From positions 98,418 to 162,417 of the forward strand of contig CAKVAX010000003.1 of assembly GCA_934725425.1 (NCBI GenBank): 64,000 bases of DNA, read 5' to 3'. The translations under genes were made by a program, and so were the position numbers. Positions 21,285 to 32,518 of the stretch are shown here, piece by piece. Origin of the DNA: an uncultured Eubacteriales bacterium (GTDB lineage: Bacteria; Bacillota; Clostridia; Oscillospirales; Acutalibacteraceae). Under the pieces are notes generated by a model. That model had not been told where the DNA came from, searched no databases, and worked only from the letters and a program-made list of their open reading frames with translations. The stretch's first letter is position 1, and each line of letters opens with the position of its first letter.

Positions 21285-22031
21285 ATGGATAAGTATTTAA
21301 ATTCCAACAAGAAAAACCGCAATCAAAATGACAACAAAAAAATCCCCGAAGAAGACACAGGCAGTGAAGAACAGTACGAACGGATTCAAAACATAGGCTC
21401 TGTAATAGTTAATAATCGCAAGAAAAAAATCTACTGTCTTACAATTATCGGTCAGATAGAAGGCCATACGTATTTGCCCTCTGAAAATAAAACCACAAAG
21501 TATGAACATATTATACCGGAACTGGTTGCTATTGAGGAGGACCCTGAAATAGAAGGAATTTTACTTCTTTTGAATACAGTAGGGGGAGATATAGAAGCCG
21601 GTCTTGCAATCGCCGAATTGATTTCTGGAATGAGCAAACCCACAGTTTCTATGGTGATTGGTGGAGGCCATTCTATCGGTGTTCCGTTGGCTGTGAGCGC
21701 AGACATTTCTTTCATAGCAAAATCAGCTACGATGACAGTTCATCCCGTTAGGTCAGCCGGAACAACGGTGGGTGTTGTGCAGTCTTTTGAATATTTTCAA
21801 AAAATGCAAAAACGAATTGCCGATTTTGTGGTCGCAAACTCAAATATATCCGAAAAAAGGTTTTATGAACTTTGTATGAATACTGAAGAATTAGTTTTGG
21901 ATATAGGTTCGGTGGTTGAAGGCGAGCAGGCAGTAAAGGAAGGCTTAATTGACAGGGTAGGAACGTTATCCGAAGCTCTGAACGAATTATATTCTTTAGC
22001 TAAAAAAAATAAACGAAAGTCAAAAAAATAG
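21285..22031 (+). CDS. ClpP-fold serine protease, TepA/YmfB-like
   Basis: Start moved to ATG 21285 behind SD aaggagg. ClpP-like core: TIIGQIEGH...LLLNTVGGDIEAGLAIAELI...GGGHSIG. Confidence 0.7.
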   Translation: MDKYLNSNKKNRNQNDNKKIPEEDTGSEEQYERIQNIGSVIVNNRKKKIYCLTIIGQIEGHTYLPSENKTTKYEHIIPELVAIEEDPEIEGILLLLNTVGGDIEAGLAIAELISGMSKPTVSMVIGGGHSIGVPLAVSADISFIAKSATMTVHPVRSAGTTVGVVQSFEYFQKMQKRIADFVVANSNISEKRFYELCMNTEELVLDIGSVVEGEQAVKEGLIDRVGTLSEALNELYSLAKKNKRKSKK

Positions 22032-22038
22032 TTTTTAA

Positions 22039-22079
22039 TAAGTCGATTGTATTTCATTTTGCAAATCGGCTTATTTTTA
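22039..22079 (+). terminator. intrinsic terminator after the tepA-like gene
   Basis: Stem taagtcgatt (22039-22048) / aatcggctta (22064-22073, one G-U pair), followed by TTTTT. Confidence 0.6.
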
Positions 22080-22202
22080 TTTTTAAAATCATATCGGCAG
22101 TGTGTAAATTTATTTTAAAATCTGGTATAATTTAATCTAAATGCTTGTGCATATATATTTACAAATGAAATTAATTGCGAAGCGAAAAGGAGAAAAATAA
22201 AT

Positions 22203-23141
22203 ATGAGTATTTTAGATGCAATTATTCAGGGAATAGTTCAAGGACTTACAGAATTTTTACCGGTTTCCAGCAGTGGACATTTGCTTATTTCTCAGCATAT
22301 TTTAGGAGTTAAAGAAAATAATTTATTCTTTAGCATAATGCTCCACATAGGAACTCTTATTGCGGTTTTAGCTGTTTACTACAAAACCATATTAAAGCTT
22401 ATAAAATCCTTTTTTGAAATTATCAAAGATATTTTCACCGGCAAATTTGATTTCAAAAAACTTGATAATGACAAAAATATGGTTCTGATGTTGATGGCAG
22501 GATTATTACCTCTGTTTTTGTTATTTGTTCCTATTCCCGGCAGTAGTACAAATGTAAAAGGAATAGCCGAAGAACTTGCCGGCGATAAAAGTATAATCCT
22601 GGTTGGTATTGCTCTAATCGTAACAAGTATTTTGCTAAAAGCAGGAATTAATGCACGCCAAACATATAAGATTAAATGTACTTTTGATAGTGAAAAACCA
22701 TGGGAAGGACGCAAAAGACTTAATTTAATGGACGCTTTGTCTATCGGTGTTACTCAGTTTGTTGCAGCTATTTTCCCTGGGATTTCTCGCTCAGGCTCAA
22801 CATTATCGACCGGCCTTTTAAGAGGAATTAACAAACAAACTGCGCTGGATTATTCTTTTATTTTGGGCACACCCGCAATATTAGCAGCGGCAGTGATTGA
22901 ATTAAAAGACGCTTTAAAAGCAGGTGCAATTTCATCGGTAGGGCTCATGCCTGTAATTGTTGGAATGATTGTTTCGGCTGTTGTTGGATTTTTATCGATT
23001 AAATTATTTAAATGGCTTTTGAAAACCGACAAGATGATTATTTTTGTCATATATACTTTTGTGGTAGGTTTAGCCTCTGTCATTATCGGAGTAATAGAAA
23101 ATATTTACGGAATGAATATTTTTACTCATACCACACTTTAA
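22203..23141 (+). CDS. uppP: undecaprenyl-diphosphate phosphatase UppP/BacA
   Basis: [14 protein letters not shown] and [10 protein letters not shown] motifs with multiple TM helices. At 312 aa it is somewhat longer than the roughly 275-aa enzymes I remember. Confidence 0.9.
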   Translation: MSILDAIIQGIVQGLTEFLPVSSSGHLLISQHILGVKENNLFFSIMLHIGTLIAVLAVYYKTILKLIKSFFEIIKDIFTGKFDFKKLDNDKNMVLMLMAGLLPLFLLFVPIPGSSTNVKGIAEELAGDKSIILVGIALIVTSILLKAGINARQTYKIKCTFDSEKPWEGRKRLNLMDALSIGVTQFVAAIFPGISRSGSTLSTGLLRGINKQTALDYSFILGTPAILAAAVIELKDALKAGAISSVGLMPVIVGMIVSAVVGFLSIKLFKWLLKTDKMIIFVIYTFVVGLASVIIGVIENIYGMNIFTHTTL

Positions 23142-23155
23142 AAGAGAGGTTCAAA

Positions 23156-25492
23156 ATGAAAAGGAAAAAGAAAGTAGAGATTTATAAAAAAGCGGCCAAA
23201 AAAGCCGCTTCAAAAAAAGAAAGAAAGCCTATAGAAACAGTTATACTTTTTGCATTGTCTGTTGCTCTTATGTCTTTTGTTTTGATTCCCGGTGAAAATA
23301 TTTGGCTGAGTATACACAATTTTATATTTTCTGTTTTTGGGATTTGTTCGGTTGCAATTCCGATACTTATCGGAATTGTTGCTGTTTGGCAGGCAAAGAA
23401 TAATATGGATAATATCAGAAAAACAAAATTAATAGTCTCCTCCATCGGCGTTATTTTTCTGGATTCGCTCATATTTATTTTGTCATTTAAATATAACAAT
23501 ACAGTTGTAGATAATTGGTTTAAATACATATTTGATGAGTTTTCGAATGGAAAATTCAATAAAACTTCGGGACTTCTTGGTGCAGTTTTCGGAGCACCGT
23601 TGGTGTGGGGCTGCGGAGTAACCGGAGCTTTGATAATAGCTTTTTTGATTTTATTTATTTGTGTTATGTTTGTTACGGGTGCTACTCTAATGGAGTTTTT
23701 AGGTTTTTTTTCAAAACCGGCAAAAGCAATAAAAAATAAAATTGAAGTGAAAGCAACCGAATTTAAAATGAAGAAAGAATCTAAGCACAAAGAAGACGAA
23801 AATTCAAAAATACCTTTTGAATTTAATCCTGAAACTGAAGAAAAATCAGAGGATAAATCATTTTCAAACGAAAATTCTATCGCCAAAGTAACCGAAAAAT
23901 TTATTTCTAAAATCAAATCTCCTTCCAAGGAAAAAGAAAAAGAAGAAATAAAAGAAAAATTACCCGAGCAGGATTTCCAACCCCGTACCGAAAAATCTTC
24001 CGCAGGAGATTATCAATTCCCTTCTGTTGAACTTTTAAATAAATCCGTTACTCCTAAAGAAAATGAGATAACAAATGAGTTAAATAACAACGGAATGATT
24101 CTGGTAGATACTTTGAAAAGTTTTAATGTACAAACAAAAATAGTTGATATTAGCCGAGGTCCGGCAGTAACACGCTATGAGCTTCAGCCCGCTGCCGGAG
24201 TTAAAATAAGCAAAATCACAACATTGGCAGACGACATAGCTTTAAATTTAGCGGCTTCGGGAGTGCGCATAGAAGCCCCTATTCCGGGGAAAGCAGCCGT
24301 GGGAATAGAGGTTCCTAATAAAGTGGTCAGCGTGGTTAATATGCGTGAACTTATTGCGTCAGAGAAATTTAGGTCATCAAAAAGCAAACTTACAGTGGTT
24401 TTAGGAAGGGATATATCCGGAAATATAGCCATTACCGATTTGGTCAAAATGCCTCATTTATTGATTGCCGGTTCTACAGGTTCGGGTAAATCAGTATGTA
24501 TAAACTCTTTTATAATCAGTATCTTATATAATGCACGTCCCGACGAAGTAAAGCTCTTGATGATTGACCCTAAAGTTGTTGAGCTTGGGATTTATAACGG
24601 AATTCCTCATTTGCTCGTTCCTGTTGTAACCGATGCCAGAAAGGCAGCCGGAGCTCTTAACTGGGCGGTAAATGAAATGCTTAAAAGATATAAAAAATTT
24701 GCAGAAAATAACGTAAGGGACTTAGAGTCATATAATGATTTGATAGAAAGAAATCCATACATCACCGACAAAGAAGGCGAAGTCCTTGAAAAAATGCCTC
24801 AAGTGGTAATCATTATAGATGAGCTTTCCGACTTAATGATGGCCGCTCCGAATGAGGTAGAAGATTATATTTGTAGATTAGCCCAAATGGCTCGTGCCGC
24901 AGGAATGCACCTTGTAATTGCGACCCAAAGGCCATCTGTTGATGTTATTACAGGTATAATCAAAGCTAATATACCCAGCAGAATCGCCCTTGCAGTTTCT
25001 TCTCAAATTGATTCCAGAACCATTTTGGATATGAGTGGAGCTGAAAAATTACTTGGTAGGGGAGATATGCTTTTCTCGCCGGTAGGTTCGCCTAAGCCCA
25101 TACGAATTCAAGGGTGCTATGTAACAGACAAAGAAATAGAAAATGTTATAAAATTTTTGAAATCTTCTCAGGAAATTTCATACGATTCAAAAATAGCTGA
25201 AGAAATAGAAAAAAATGCAGCAACTGATAATTCAAAATCTTCTGAATCGAAAGTTTCGGACGGAAATATGGACCCGGTTATGAGCGAAGCTATAAAGTGC
25301 ATTATAGAAGCAGGACAAGCTTCTACATCACTTTTGCAAAGGAGACTTCGCATAGGCTATGCTCGTGCCGGACGACTTATAGATGAAATGGAACAAATGG
25401 GAATAGTCGGTCCGTACGAAGGCTCTAAACCTCGGCAGGTTCTTATAAATTATCAACAATTTTTAGAAATGAATATGACAAAAAAAGACTAG
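23156..25492 (+). CDS. ftsK: DNA translocase FtsK/SpoIIIE
   Basis: Start moved to ATG 23156 (SD aaagagagg). It has N-terminal TM helices, a K/E-rich linker and the motor domain (Walker A GSTGSGKS). The gamma winged helix is [21 protein letters not shown]. Confidence 0.93.
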   Translation: MKRKKKVEIYKKAAKKAASKKERKPIETVILFALSVALMSFVLIPGENIWLSIHNFIFSVFGICSVAIPILIGIVAVWQAKNNMDNIRKTKLIVSSIGVIFLDSLIFILSFKYNNTVVDNWFKYIFDEFSNGKFNKTSGLLGAVFGAPLVWGCGVTGALIIAFLILFICVMFVTGATLMEFLGFFSKPAKAIKNKIEVKATEFKMKKESKHKEDENSKIPFEFNPETEEKSEDKSFSNENSIAKVTEKFISKIKSPSKEKEKEEIKEKLPEQDFQPRTEKSSAGDYQFPSVELLNKSVTPKENEITNELNNNGMILVDTLKSFNVQTKIVDISRGPAVTRYELQPAAGVKISKITTLADDIALNLAASGVRIEAPIPGKAAVGIEVPNKVVSVVNMRELIASEKFRSSKSKLTVVLGRDISGNIAITDLVKMPHLLIAGSTGSGKSVCINSFIISILYNARPDEVKLLMIDPKVVELGIYNGIPHLLVPVVTDARKAAGALNWAVNEMLKRYKKFAENNVRDLESYNDLIERNPYITDKEGEVLEKMPQVVIIIDELSDLMMAAPNEVEDYICRLAQMARAAGMHLVIATQRPSVDVITGIIKANIPSRIALAVSSQIDSRTILDMSGAEKLLGRGDMLFSPVGSPKPIRIQGCYVTDKEIENVIKFLKSSQEISYDSKIAEEIEKNAATDNSKSSESKVSDGNMDPVMSEAIKCIIEAGQASTSLLQRRLRIGYARAGRLIDEMEQMGIVGPYEGSKPRQVLINYQQFLEMNMTKKD

Positions 25493-25509
25493 CGTAAAGG
25501 AGTTTAAAA

Positions 25510-26439
25510 TTGAAACCTCGCAGAAAGTTATACCATATAAAACAATTAGTATCTTCATTTATATTATTTATTTTTCTTTTAATTTCCGGAGTTTTGAGTT
25601 ACGGAAATATAGATGATTTTTCTTGGGATGATGTTTTTAAAGAAGTTTCCCTTGCAAACATAGACAGAGATGAAAATCCTCAGGATTTAAAAATACATTT
25701 TTTGGATGTAGGAAAAGCTGATTCGGCATACATAAAGTATAGAAACCATAACATTTTAATTGATGCAGCCGACAGAGAACCAACTGATACCGTTTGTGAA
25801 TATCTGTCAAGGGAAGGAGTTTCAAAACTGGATTTGGTAATGGTTTCACATCCTCACAGAGACCATATAGGACAAATGGATAAAGTTATAAATAAATTTG
25901 AAATAGGAAAATTTGTGGAGTCGGATATATCACCTAATGTCCCCACCTGTGTAACCTACGAAAGAATGATTAAAGCTATTACAAATAAAAATGTTGATCT
26001 CAAGATTGCTCATCCGAATGATGTTTTTTATATCGAAGATCTAAAATTCGAAATTTTAGGTCCTATATCCGGACACCAAAATCTCAATAATAACTCTCTG
26101 GTAGTAAGAATGGTTTACAAAGATGTCAGCTTTTTATTTACCGGAGATGCAGAATCATTTGAAGAATCACAAATACTTAAAACCAATAAAATTATCAAAT
26201 CTGATGTTTTAAAGGTAGCCCACCACGGGAGTAAAACGTCGAGCACCGTTAGATTTTTGAAAAGAGTATCGCCCAAATATGCTGTCATTTCGGTAGACTC
26301 TGAGGAAATGACTGCTGCAAGGCAAGTTGTTTTAGACAGATTAAAAGCAGTAGGAGCTGAAGTTTACAGGACGGATTTACATGGGAATATTTTATTTTTG
26401 ACAGACGGGCACCAAATAAGTGTAAAAACAGAAAAATAA
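25510..26439 (+). CDS. membrane-anchored MBL-fold hydrolase, ComEC C-terminal-domain-like (TTG start)
   Basis: N-terminal signal anchor, an HxHxDH motif (SHPHRDHIG) and VAHHGS. It lacks the ComEC channel domain. Confidence 0.75.
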   Translation: MKPRRKLYHIKQLVSSFILFIFLLISGVLSYGNIDDFSWDDVFKEVSLANIDRDENPQDLKIHFLDVGKADSAYIKYRNHNILIDAADREPTDTVCEYLSREGVSKLDLVMVSHPHRDHIGQMDKVINKFEIGKFVESDISPNVPTCVTYERMIKAITNKNVDLKIAHPNDVFYIEDLKFEILGPISGHQNLNNNSLVVRMVYKDVSFLFTGDAESFEESQILKTNKIIKSDVLKVAHHGSKTSSTVRFLKRVSPKYAVISVDSEEMTAARQVVLDRLKAVGAEVYRTDLHGNILFLTDGHQISVKTEK

Positions 26440-26453
26440 AAGGAGTGGTAAAA

Positions 26454-26675
26454 ATGCTTTTATCAGTAGACAGAATAACTTCCGGCAAATTGATTTGCGA
26501 AGACAGCGAAGGGAATTTGAAAATAATTCCTCTCACAAAAAATATAAAAGGCCTAAAAGAAGGCAGTATGATCGAAGTTTTAGAAAATGGAGAAATAATT
26601 TTGAGGGAAGATGAGTACAAAAAACGTGTTGAAAAAATTTTGAAATTAAGAAGTAAAATTAATTATGTAGAATGA
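26454..26675 (+). CDS. DUF3006 family protein
   Basis: Small protein (SVDRITSGKLICEDSEGNLKIIPL...LKEGSMIEV), typically paired with ComEC-type MBL genes. ATG 26454 lies 9 nt after the SD aaggag that spans the preceding stop. Confidence 0.6.
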   Translation: MLLSVDRITSGKLICEDSEGNLKIIPLTKNIKGLKEGSMIEVLENGEIILREDEYKKRVEKILKLRSKINYVE

Positions 26676-26802
26676 CTACAATAGTAAAATTTTAAAATAA
26701 TTTATCTTAATTACAAAAATATAATTTATTTTTTATCGATTTTGTGATAATATTGTTAGCGAATGTGTAAAAAATAATTTGATATTATGGAGGAAAAACA
26801 AA

Positions 26803-28698
26803 ATGGATAGGTTAAAAAGTCTGAAGAAATTTCTTTTGGGTTCAGCTTTAAAAGATGATCAATTAAAAGACGAAAAATTATCTAGACTTTGGGGATTACC
26901 TATAATGGCCAGTGATGCGGTGTCGTCTGTGGCTTATGCAGTGGAGGAGATTCTTATGGCTTTGATCCCCGGAGTAGGGATTATGGCTGCGAGTTATGTA
27001 GGATACGTCAGCGTTCCGATAATCCTTCTTCTTTTGATACTTATTTTTTCTTACTCCCAAATAATCAGTCACTACCCGAACGGCGGTGGAGCATATGTGG
27101 TGTCGAAAGAAAATTTTGGCAAAAAAGCTTCGTTACTTGCTGCAACATGTTTGGTTATAGATTATATTATGACCGTAGCCGTAAGTATATCTTCTTCTAC
27201 AGCTGCGATATTGGCTGTTTATCCTGCACTCGAACCTTATAGAATTATAATTTCTTTGATTTGTGTTGGCGCTATAACTCTGGTCAACCTTCGTGGAATA
27301 GGTGAGTCTTCCAAAATTTTCGGAATACCTACATATATGTTTATTTTTTCTATGATAGCTCTTATAACCACCGGATTCATAAGATTTTTTACAGGGTCTT
27401 TATCTCCTATAAATTATACTCCTGAGCAACTTAGCGGAATAGTTACCGATAACTTGACCGGACTTACTTTGGTGCTTTTCCTTTGTGCATTTTCATCGGG
27501 ATGTTCGGCTCTTACAGGCGTTGAGGCTGTAAGTAATGCTATTCCGAGTTTTAAAGAACCTTCTCAAAAAACAGCTAAGCACGTTTTGTTTATGCTCGGC
27601 GGAATAATTGTGTTTATATTTGGCGGGACAAGCTTTTTAGCAACATTTTTACACGTGGTACCTGTTGCTGATAAAACTGTACTTTCTCAGATGGGAACCG
27701 CGATTTTCGGCAACGGAATAATGTTTTACGTACTTCAGTTTACAACTTCATTAATACTTCTTTTAGCTGCAAATACATCCTATAGTGGTTTGCCTATACT
27801 TTTATCGATTTTGGCAAAAGACCGCTACATGCCTCGTCAATTTTCTCAAAGAGGAACTAAACTTAGCTTTTCAAATGGAATAATGTTTATTTTTATCGCA
27901 AGTGCTTTGTTGCTCGTAGCGTTCAATGCGGATACTCATAGGCTGATTCCATTCTATTCTGTAGGGGTATTTGTTTCGTTTACAATTTCTCAGTTCGGCA
28001 TGTTTGTAAAATGGATGCGTTCAAAAGAGCCGGGCTGGCAATATAAATCTCTTATAAACGGTTTTGGTGCTCTTGTTACTTTCATCGGTTCGATAGTAGT
28101 TTTTACAACCAAATTCACTCATGGAGCATGGGCTTTGTTGATAGTCACTCCTTTGCTTATGTGGTTTATGTCGGCGACTCATAGACATTACTTCGAATTT
28201 CTAAAAGGAATAAGCATTTTAGGGTATAACTACAAGTATAAAAAAAGTAACAGCAATGAAACATTCCCGTGCATAGTACTTATAAATAAGATGAATAGAG
28301 CCGCTCTTAAAACTTTTGATTATGCAAACGAAATAACTTCAAATGTTACTCCGCTTCATATTTCTGTTTCAAAAATCGAAACCGAAAGGTTGCAAAAACA
28401 ATGGAAAGATTTGGGGATAGACATACCTCTTACTATAATTTACACACCATATAGAGATATAATTTCTCAAATTGATAATTATGTAAGCGAACGTGAAAGA
28501 GATTTAAAAGACGGCGAAACTTTGACCGTAGTTTTAACAAGAATCAGCGGTAATGCATGGAAAGACACTATTTATCACAACCAGACAACATTCTTTATTG
28601 AAAAAATTCTAAGAAGACACGAAAGTGTAGCCACTACACTGGTTCCGTATTTTTATGATAAGCCTAAATCTAAAAAAGAAACACAAGTGGCAAAATAG
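26803..28698 (+). CDS. APC-superfamily permease, KimA-like K+ importer
   Basis: Start moved to ATG 26803 (SD ggagga). The N-terminus FLLGSALKDDQLKDEKLSRLWGLPIMASDAVSSVAYAVEEIL closely resembles B. subtilis KimA/YdaO. About 12 TM helices plus a cytoplasmic C-terminal domain. Confidence 0.7.
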   Translation: MDRLKSLKKFLLGSALKDDQLKDEKLSRLWGLPIMASDAVSSVAYAVEEILMALIPGVGIMAASYVGYVSVPIILLLLILIFSYSQIISHYPNGGGAYVVSKENFGKKASLLAATCLVIDYIMTVAVSISSSTAAILAVYPALEPYRIIISLICVGAITLVNLRGIGESSKIFGIPTYMFIFSMIALITTGFIRFFTGSLSPINYTPEQLSGIVTDNLTGLTLVLFLCAFSSGCSALTGVEAVSNAIPSFKEPSQKTAKHVLFMLGGIIVFIFGGTSFLATFLHVVPVADKTVLSQMGTAIFGNGIMFYVLQFTTSLILLLAANTSYSGLPILLSILAKDRYMPRQFSQRGTKLSFSNGIMFIFIASALLLVAFNADTHRLIPFYSVGVFVSFTISQFGMFVKWMRSKEPGWQYKSLINGFGALVTFIGSIVVFTTKFTHGAWALLIVTPLLMWFMSATHRHYFEFLKGISILGYNYKYKKSNSNETFPCIVLINKMNRAALKTFDYANEITSNVTPLHISVSKIETERLQKQWKDLGIDIPLTIIYTPYRDIISQIDNYVSERERDLKDGETLTVVLTRISGNAWKDTIYHNQTTFFIEKILRRHESVATTLVPYFYDKPKSKKETQVAK

Positions 28699-28714
28699 GA
28701 GGATATAAGGTTAA

Positions 28715-30178
28715 GTGAAAAAGTTTTATAAATATTTAGCTTTTGTCGGCTTGATATTTTTCGGATTTCTTTTAAATGTAAATGCAAGTAATTCTTTAGA
28801 TGATATAAAAAGTCGTGGATACATCAAAGTTTCCACGAATGCCGAATTTGAGCCTTTTGAGTACAAAGACGGAAACGAAATGGTGGGCATAGATATAGAT
28901 ATAGCTCGAAAAATAGCCGAGAAATTAGGAGTTAGTATAAATATCAATGATGTTTCCTTTGATGCGGTTATTTTGGAGCTTTTAAATAAAAATTGTGATT
29001 TTGCAATTTCGGCTATGAGTTCGAGTGAGGAAAAATCTAAAAACGTGGATTTTTCAGATTCTTACTATGTTTCTAAACAAATGGTTATCGTGCCTCAAAA
29101 CAGCGAAATTTCGACGCCTGAAGACCTTCACGGTAAAAAAATCGGCGTAGCTCTTGGCTTTACAGGAGATATTTATTGTACAGAAAATTTTTCCGATTCA
29201 GATATACAAAGGTACGGCAAAGCTTCGGATGCTGCGCTGGATCTTGTTAATCATCGGCTGGACGCAGTCGTAGTTGATGATGTTCCGGCTAAAAAATTGG
29301 TCAAATCTCTTGGAAACCAAGCAAAGTTTTTGGATGAATATCTTTTTCAAGAAGATTATCGTATTGCCGTTCCCAAGGGTGAAAAGGAACTTCTGAACTA
29401 CATAAACTTTGTGCTTGATGACATGAAAAATGCCGGCGAAATAGACGTCATAGTAAGCAAATATACTGAAGTTAAAGATACCCGAAGCGTTGATATAATC
29501 GGGCAGATTTACAGAAATTTAGTTTACAAAGACCGATATAAAATGATATTGAGCGGACTTTGTGTAACGATTGAAATTACCGCAGTAGCTTTGATAATAG
29601 GAATTATTTTGGGAGTTTTGATTTCAATCGTTCGAGTAAGCCAAAATAAAAGTTTTTTGTTTAAAATTCTTAAATTTTTAGCAAACATATATCTGACCGT
29701 AATAAGAGGGACACCGGTTGTTGTGCAGCTTTTTACGATATATTATTTGGTTTTGTGTTCTACAGGTTTAAGTAAGATATTTATCGCAATGATAGCTTTT
29801 GGAATCAACTCCGGAGCATACGTTGCCGAAACAATGAGATCCGGTTTGCAATCGGTTGACGGTGGGCAGTACGAAGCCGGTCGCTCTTTAGGGCTTAGTT
29901 CGGCCATAACTATGAAAAAAATAGTTTTGCCTCAAGCTTTCAAAAATTGTTTACCGACGCTTGTAAGTGAGTTTATTCAGCTCATAAAAGAAACCGCTGT
30001 TGCAGGATTTATCGGTATAACAGATTTATCGAGAGCCGGCGATATAATAAGAAGCCAAACCTATGAGGCTTTTGTTCCGCTCATTACAGTTGCAGCTATT
30101 TATTTGATAATAGTGGTAATAACCACATGTATAATGTCCGTGATAGAAAGGAGACTCCGCGCAAGTGATAAGCGTTAA
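28715..30178 (+). CDS. polar amino-acid ABC transporter, fused substrate-binding protein and permease (GTG start)
   Basis: A signal peptide and SBP_bac_3-like domain are fused to a His/Glu/Gln/Arg-type permease with an EAA loop (EAGRSLGLSSAITMKKIVLPQA). Confidence 0.85.
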   Translation: MKKFYKYLAFVGLIFFGFLLNVNASNSLDDIKSRGYIKVSTNAEFEPFEYKDGNEMVGIDIDIARKIAEKLGVSININDVSFDAVILELLNKNCDFAISAMSSSEEKSKNVDFSDSYYVSKQMVIVPQNSEISTPEDLHGKKIGVALGFTGDIYCTENFSDSDIQRYGKASDAALDLVNHRLDAVVVDDVPAKKLVKSLGNQAKFLDEYLFQEDYRIAVPKGEKELLNYINFVLDDMKNAGEIDVIVSKYTEVKDTRSVDIIGQIYRNLVYKDRYKMILSGLCVTIEITAVALIIGIILGVLISIVRVSQNKSFLFKILKFLANIYLTVIRGTPVVVQLFTIYYLVLCSTGLSKIFIAMIAFGINSGAYVAETMRSGLQSVDGGQYEAGRSLGLSSAITMKKIVLPQAFKNCLPTLVSEFIQLIKETAVAGFIGITDLSRAGDIIRSQTYEAFVPLITVAAIYLIIVVITTCIMSVIERRLRASDKR

Positions 30179-30899
30179 AAATTTATATAAAGAATTTAAA
30201 AATGATAATGAGACTTTAAGAATTTTGAGTGGAATAAACGTGGAGTTCAAAAAAGGTGAAAAAGTTGCTATTATAGGTCCTTCCGGTTCCGGTAAGAGCA
30301 CTTTTCTAAGATGTTTAAACGGCTTAGAAATTCCTACCAGTGGAGAAATAAATTTCGAAGGAATAAATATCACAGACCCAAAATGCAATATGGATGAAGT
30401 CAGAAAAAATATCGGCATGGTTTTTCAGCATTTTAACCTTTTTCCGCACCTGACTATCCTTCAAAATATTACTCTTGCCCCGATTTCTCTTAAATTATAT
30501 ACCAAAAGAGACGCCGAACAATGTGCATTGGCTCTTCTCGAAAAAGTAGGGCTCAGAGACAAAGCGGATTCATATCCTTCCAGGCTTTCCGGCGGACAAA
30601 AACAAAGAGTTGCAATAATCAGAGCTTTGATAATGAACCCCAAGGTGATTTTATTTGATGAGCCCACTTCTGCGCTTGACCCCGAAATGATAAAAGAAGT
30701 TATATCTGTAATGGTAGATATTGCCAATCAAGGCATGACTATGATTGTTGTAACTCACGAAATGAGCTTTGTAAAAGAGGCCGCCACTCGTGTTCTTTTT
30801 ATGGACCATGGCAAAATCATAGCTGATGAAACTCCTGACCAGTTGTTCAATAATTGTCAAAATGTTCGTGTAAGTAAATTTCTTAAAAAGATTGTATGA
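30165..30899 (+). CDS. polar amino-acid ABC transporter ATP-binding protein
   Basis: Walker A GPSGSGKST, signature LSGGQKQR, Walker B ILFDEPTSALD. It overlaps the upstream gene by 14 nt. Confidence 0.92.
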   Translation: MISVKNLYKEFKNDNETLRILSGINVEFKKGEKVAIIGPSGSGKSTFLRCLNGLEIPTSGEINFEGINITDPKCNMDEVRKNIGMVFQHFNLFPHLTILQNITLAPISLKLYTKRDAEQCALALLEKVGLRDKADSYPSRLSGGQKQRVAIIRALIMNPKVILFDEPTSALDPEMIKEVISVMVDIANQGMTMIVVTHEMSFVKEAATRVLFMDHGKIIADETPDQLFNNCQNVRVSKFLKKIV

Positions 30900-30918
30900 T
30901 TTGAAATAGAGGATTTAA

Positions 30919-31359
30919 ATGAAAATAACAACAAATACTCCTGAGGAAACTAAAAATTTTGCCTATAAGCTTGCTTCAAAATTAAAAGGCAATGAAATAT
31001 TTGCTTTTTATGGAGATTTGGGAGTGGGCAAAACCACCTTTATAAGAGGGCTTGCGAGTTTTTTTAATTTAGAAAATCTCGTGTCCAGTCCTACATTTTC
31101 ATTGGTGAATGAATATCAAAATAAAGATATAAAAATATATCATTTCGATATGTATCGAATACACTCATTCGAAGATTTGGAATCCACAGGATTTTTTGAT
31201 TATCTTGATAATGGAATATTTTTGATAGAATGGTCAGAAAATATAGAGGAATACCTTCCTCAAAATGTGATTAAAATTAAAATAGAAAAAATAAATTCCC
31301 AAGACGGAAGAATGATAACTATAGAGGGAGAAAATTATATTGAAAATTTTAGCAGTTGA
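30919..31359 (+). CDS. tsaE: tRNA t6A biosynthesis ATPase TsaE
   Basis: 146 aa with P-loop GDLGVGKTTF and SPTFSL, HFDMYR motifs. Confidence 0.88.
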   Translation: MKITTNTPEETKNFAYKLASKLKGNEIFAFYGDLGVGKTTFIRGLASFFNLENLVSSPTFSLVNEYQNKDIKIYHFDMYRIHSFEDLESTGFFDYLDNGIFLIEWSENIEEYLPQNVIKIKIEKINSQDGRMITIEGENYIENFSS

Positions 31360-32053
31360 TTCATCGTCAGCCACTGCTTCCGTAGCGCTGGTTGATAATA
31401 AAAAAATAGTTGCCGAATATTTTATAAATGCCGGCTTGACTCATAGTCAAACTTTGGCGCCTATGATAGAATCCATTCTCAAAAACTTAAAAATAGAACC
31501 CGCTGAAATTGATTTATACGTTTCCACGTCAGGGCCGGGGTCTTTTACTGGGCTTAGAATAGGAATGGCAACGATTGAAGCCATGGCTTTGGCAAATAAC
31601 AAGCCGTGTGTAGGTGTTTCGTCGCTTGAAGCGCTCTCCTACAACATCAATAACCACAATAATTTAATTTGTGCATGCATGGATGCGCGCAGAGAACAGG
31701 TTTACAATGCTTTATTTAAGTTTGAAAATAATAAATTAGTAAGATTAACCGAAGATAGAGCTATTTTAATTAAAGATTTAGCCGAAGAATTAAAAAATTT
31801 AAATTTTAATATTGAAATTGTTGGAGATGCCGCAGAGATATGCTATAATAGTACGGAACTTGAGCTTCTGGGGAATAAATGTATTTTACTACCTGAAAAA
31901 AATAGGTATATAAAGGCTTCGAGTGTCGCTTTGGCTGCTTTTGAAACTTTTAATTTAAATGTTGATTCAGTTGATAAATTTGATTTGAAAGTCAACTATA
32001 TAAAAGTTCCTCAAGCTCAGAGAGTTATGGAAGAAAAATTGTCCAACGGTTAG
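31340..32053 (+). CDS. tsaB: tRNA t6A biosynthesis protein TsaB (TTG start)
   Basis: MKILAVDSS...GPGSFTGLRIG pattern. It overlaps tsaE. Confidence 0.85.
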   Translation: MKILAVDSSSATASVALVDNKKIVAEYFINAGLTHSQTLAPMIESILKNLKIEPAEIDLYVSTSGPGSFTGLRIGMATIEAMALANNKPCVGVSSLEALSYNINNHNNLICACMDARREQVYNALFKFENNKLVRLTEDRAILIKDLAEELKNLNFNIEIVGDAAEICYNSTELELLGNKCILLPEKNRYIKASSVALAAFETFNLNVDSVDKFDLKVNYIKVPQAQRVMEEKLSNG

Positions 32054-32067
32054 GAGGGAAATTATTT

Positions 32068-32517
32068 ATGATATCTATAGGTTCTGACCACGCAGGGTAT
32101 GAATTAAAAACCCAAATTGAATCATACCTTGAGAGTAAAAATATAGAATTTGAAGACGTAGGAACATTTAATGAAAAGTCGTGTGATTATCCCATTTTTG
32201 CGGAAAAGGCTTCTAGACTTGTGTCGGAAGGTTACTGTGAAAAAGGGATTTTAGTTTGTGGTTCCGGGGTAGGAATGTGTATAGCTTCTAATAAAATTAA
32301 AAATATAAGAGCAGTCCTTTGCTTTGATGCGGAAATTGCTTCTCTTTCAAGAAAGCACAATGATGCAAATGTACTTTGCTTGGGAGGCAGATTTATAAAT
32401 TTAGATAATGCGATTAAAGTTATAGACGCATTTCTTAATACACCTTTTGAAGGTGGACGGCACGAAAAAAGGATAGAGCTTATTAAAAATTTAGAAAATA
32501 AATTTGGAGGAAAATAA
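32068..32517 (+). CDS. rpiB: ribose-5-phosphate isomerase B
   Basis: RpiB/LacAB family: [24 protein letters not shown]. Confidence 0.9.
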   Translation: MISIGSDHAGYELKTQIESYLESKNIEFEDVGTFNEKSCDYPIFAEKASRLVSEGYCEKGILVCGSGVGMCIASNKIKNIRAVLCFDAEIASLSRKHNDANVLCLGGRFINLDNAIKVIDAFLNTPFEGGRHEKRIELIKNLENKFGGK

Positions 32518-32518
32518 T

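Noticed and set aside
23182-23928. 248-aa ORF antisense to the 5' third of ftsK, unusually long for such an AT-rich genome.
   Set aside because: It lies entirely opposite a well-supported gene (the FtsK TM/linker region). Its product is low-complexity with no recognisable motif, and it has no SD or promoter. Long antisense ORFs are a known by-product of biased codon usage.
25510-26675. MBL-only ComEC fragment plus DUF3006, considered as a remnant of a disrupted competence gene.
   Set aside because: Stand-alone ComEC-type MBL proteins paired with DUF3006 are a common intact family. The ORF has its own SD, a signal anchor and a complete HxHxDH site.
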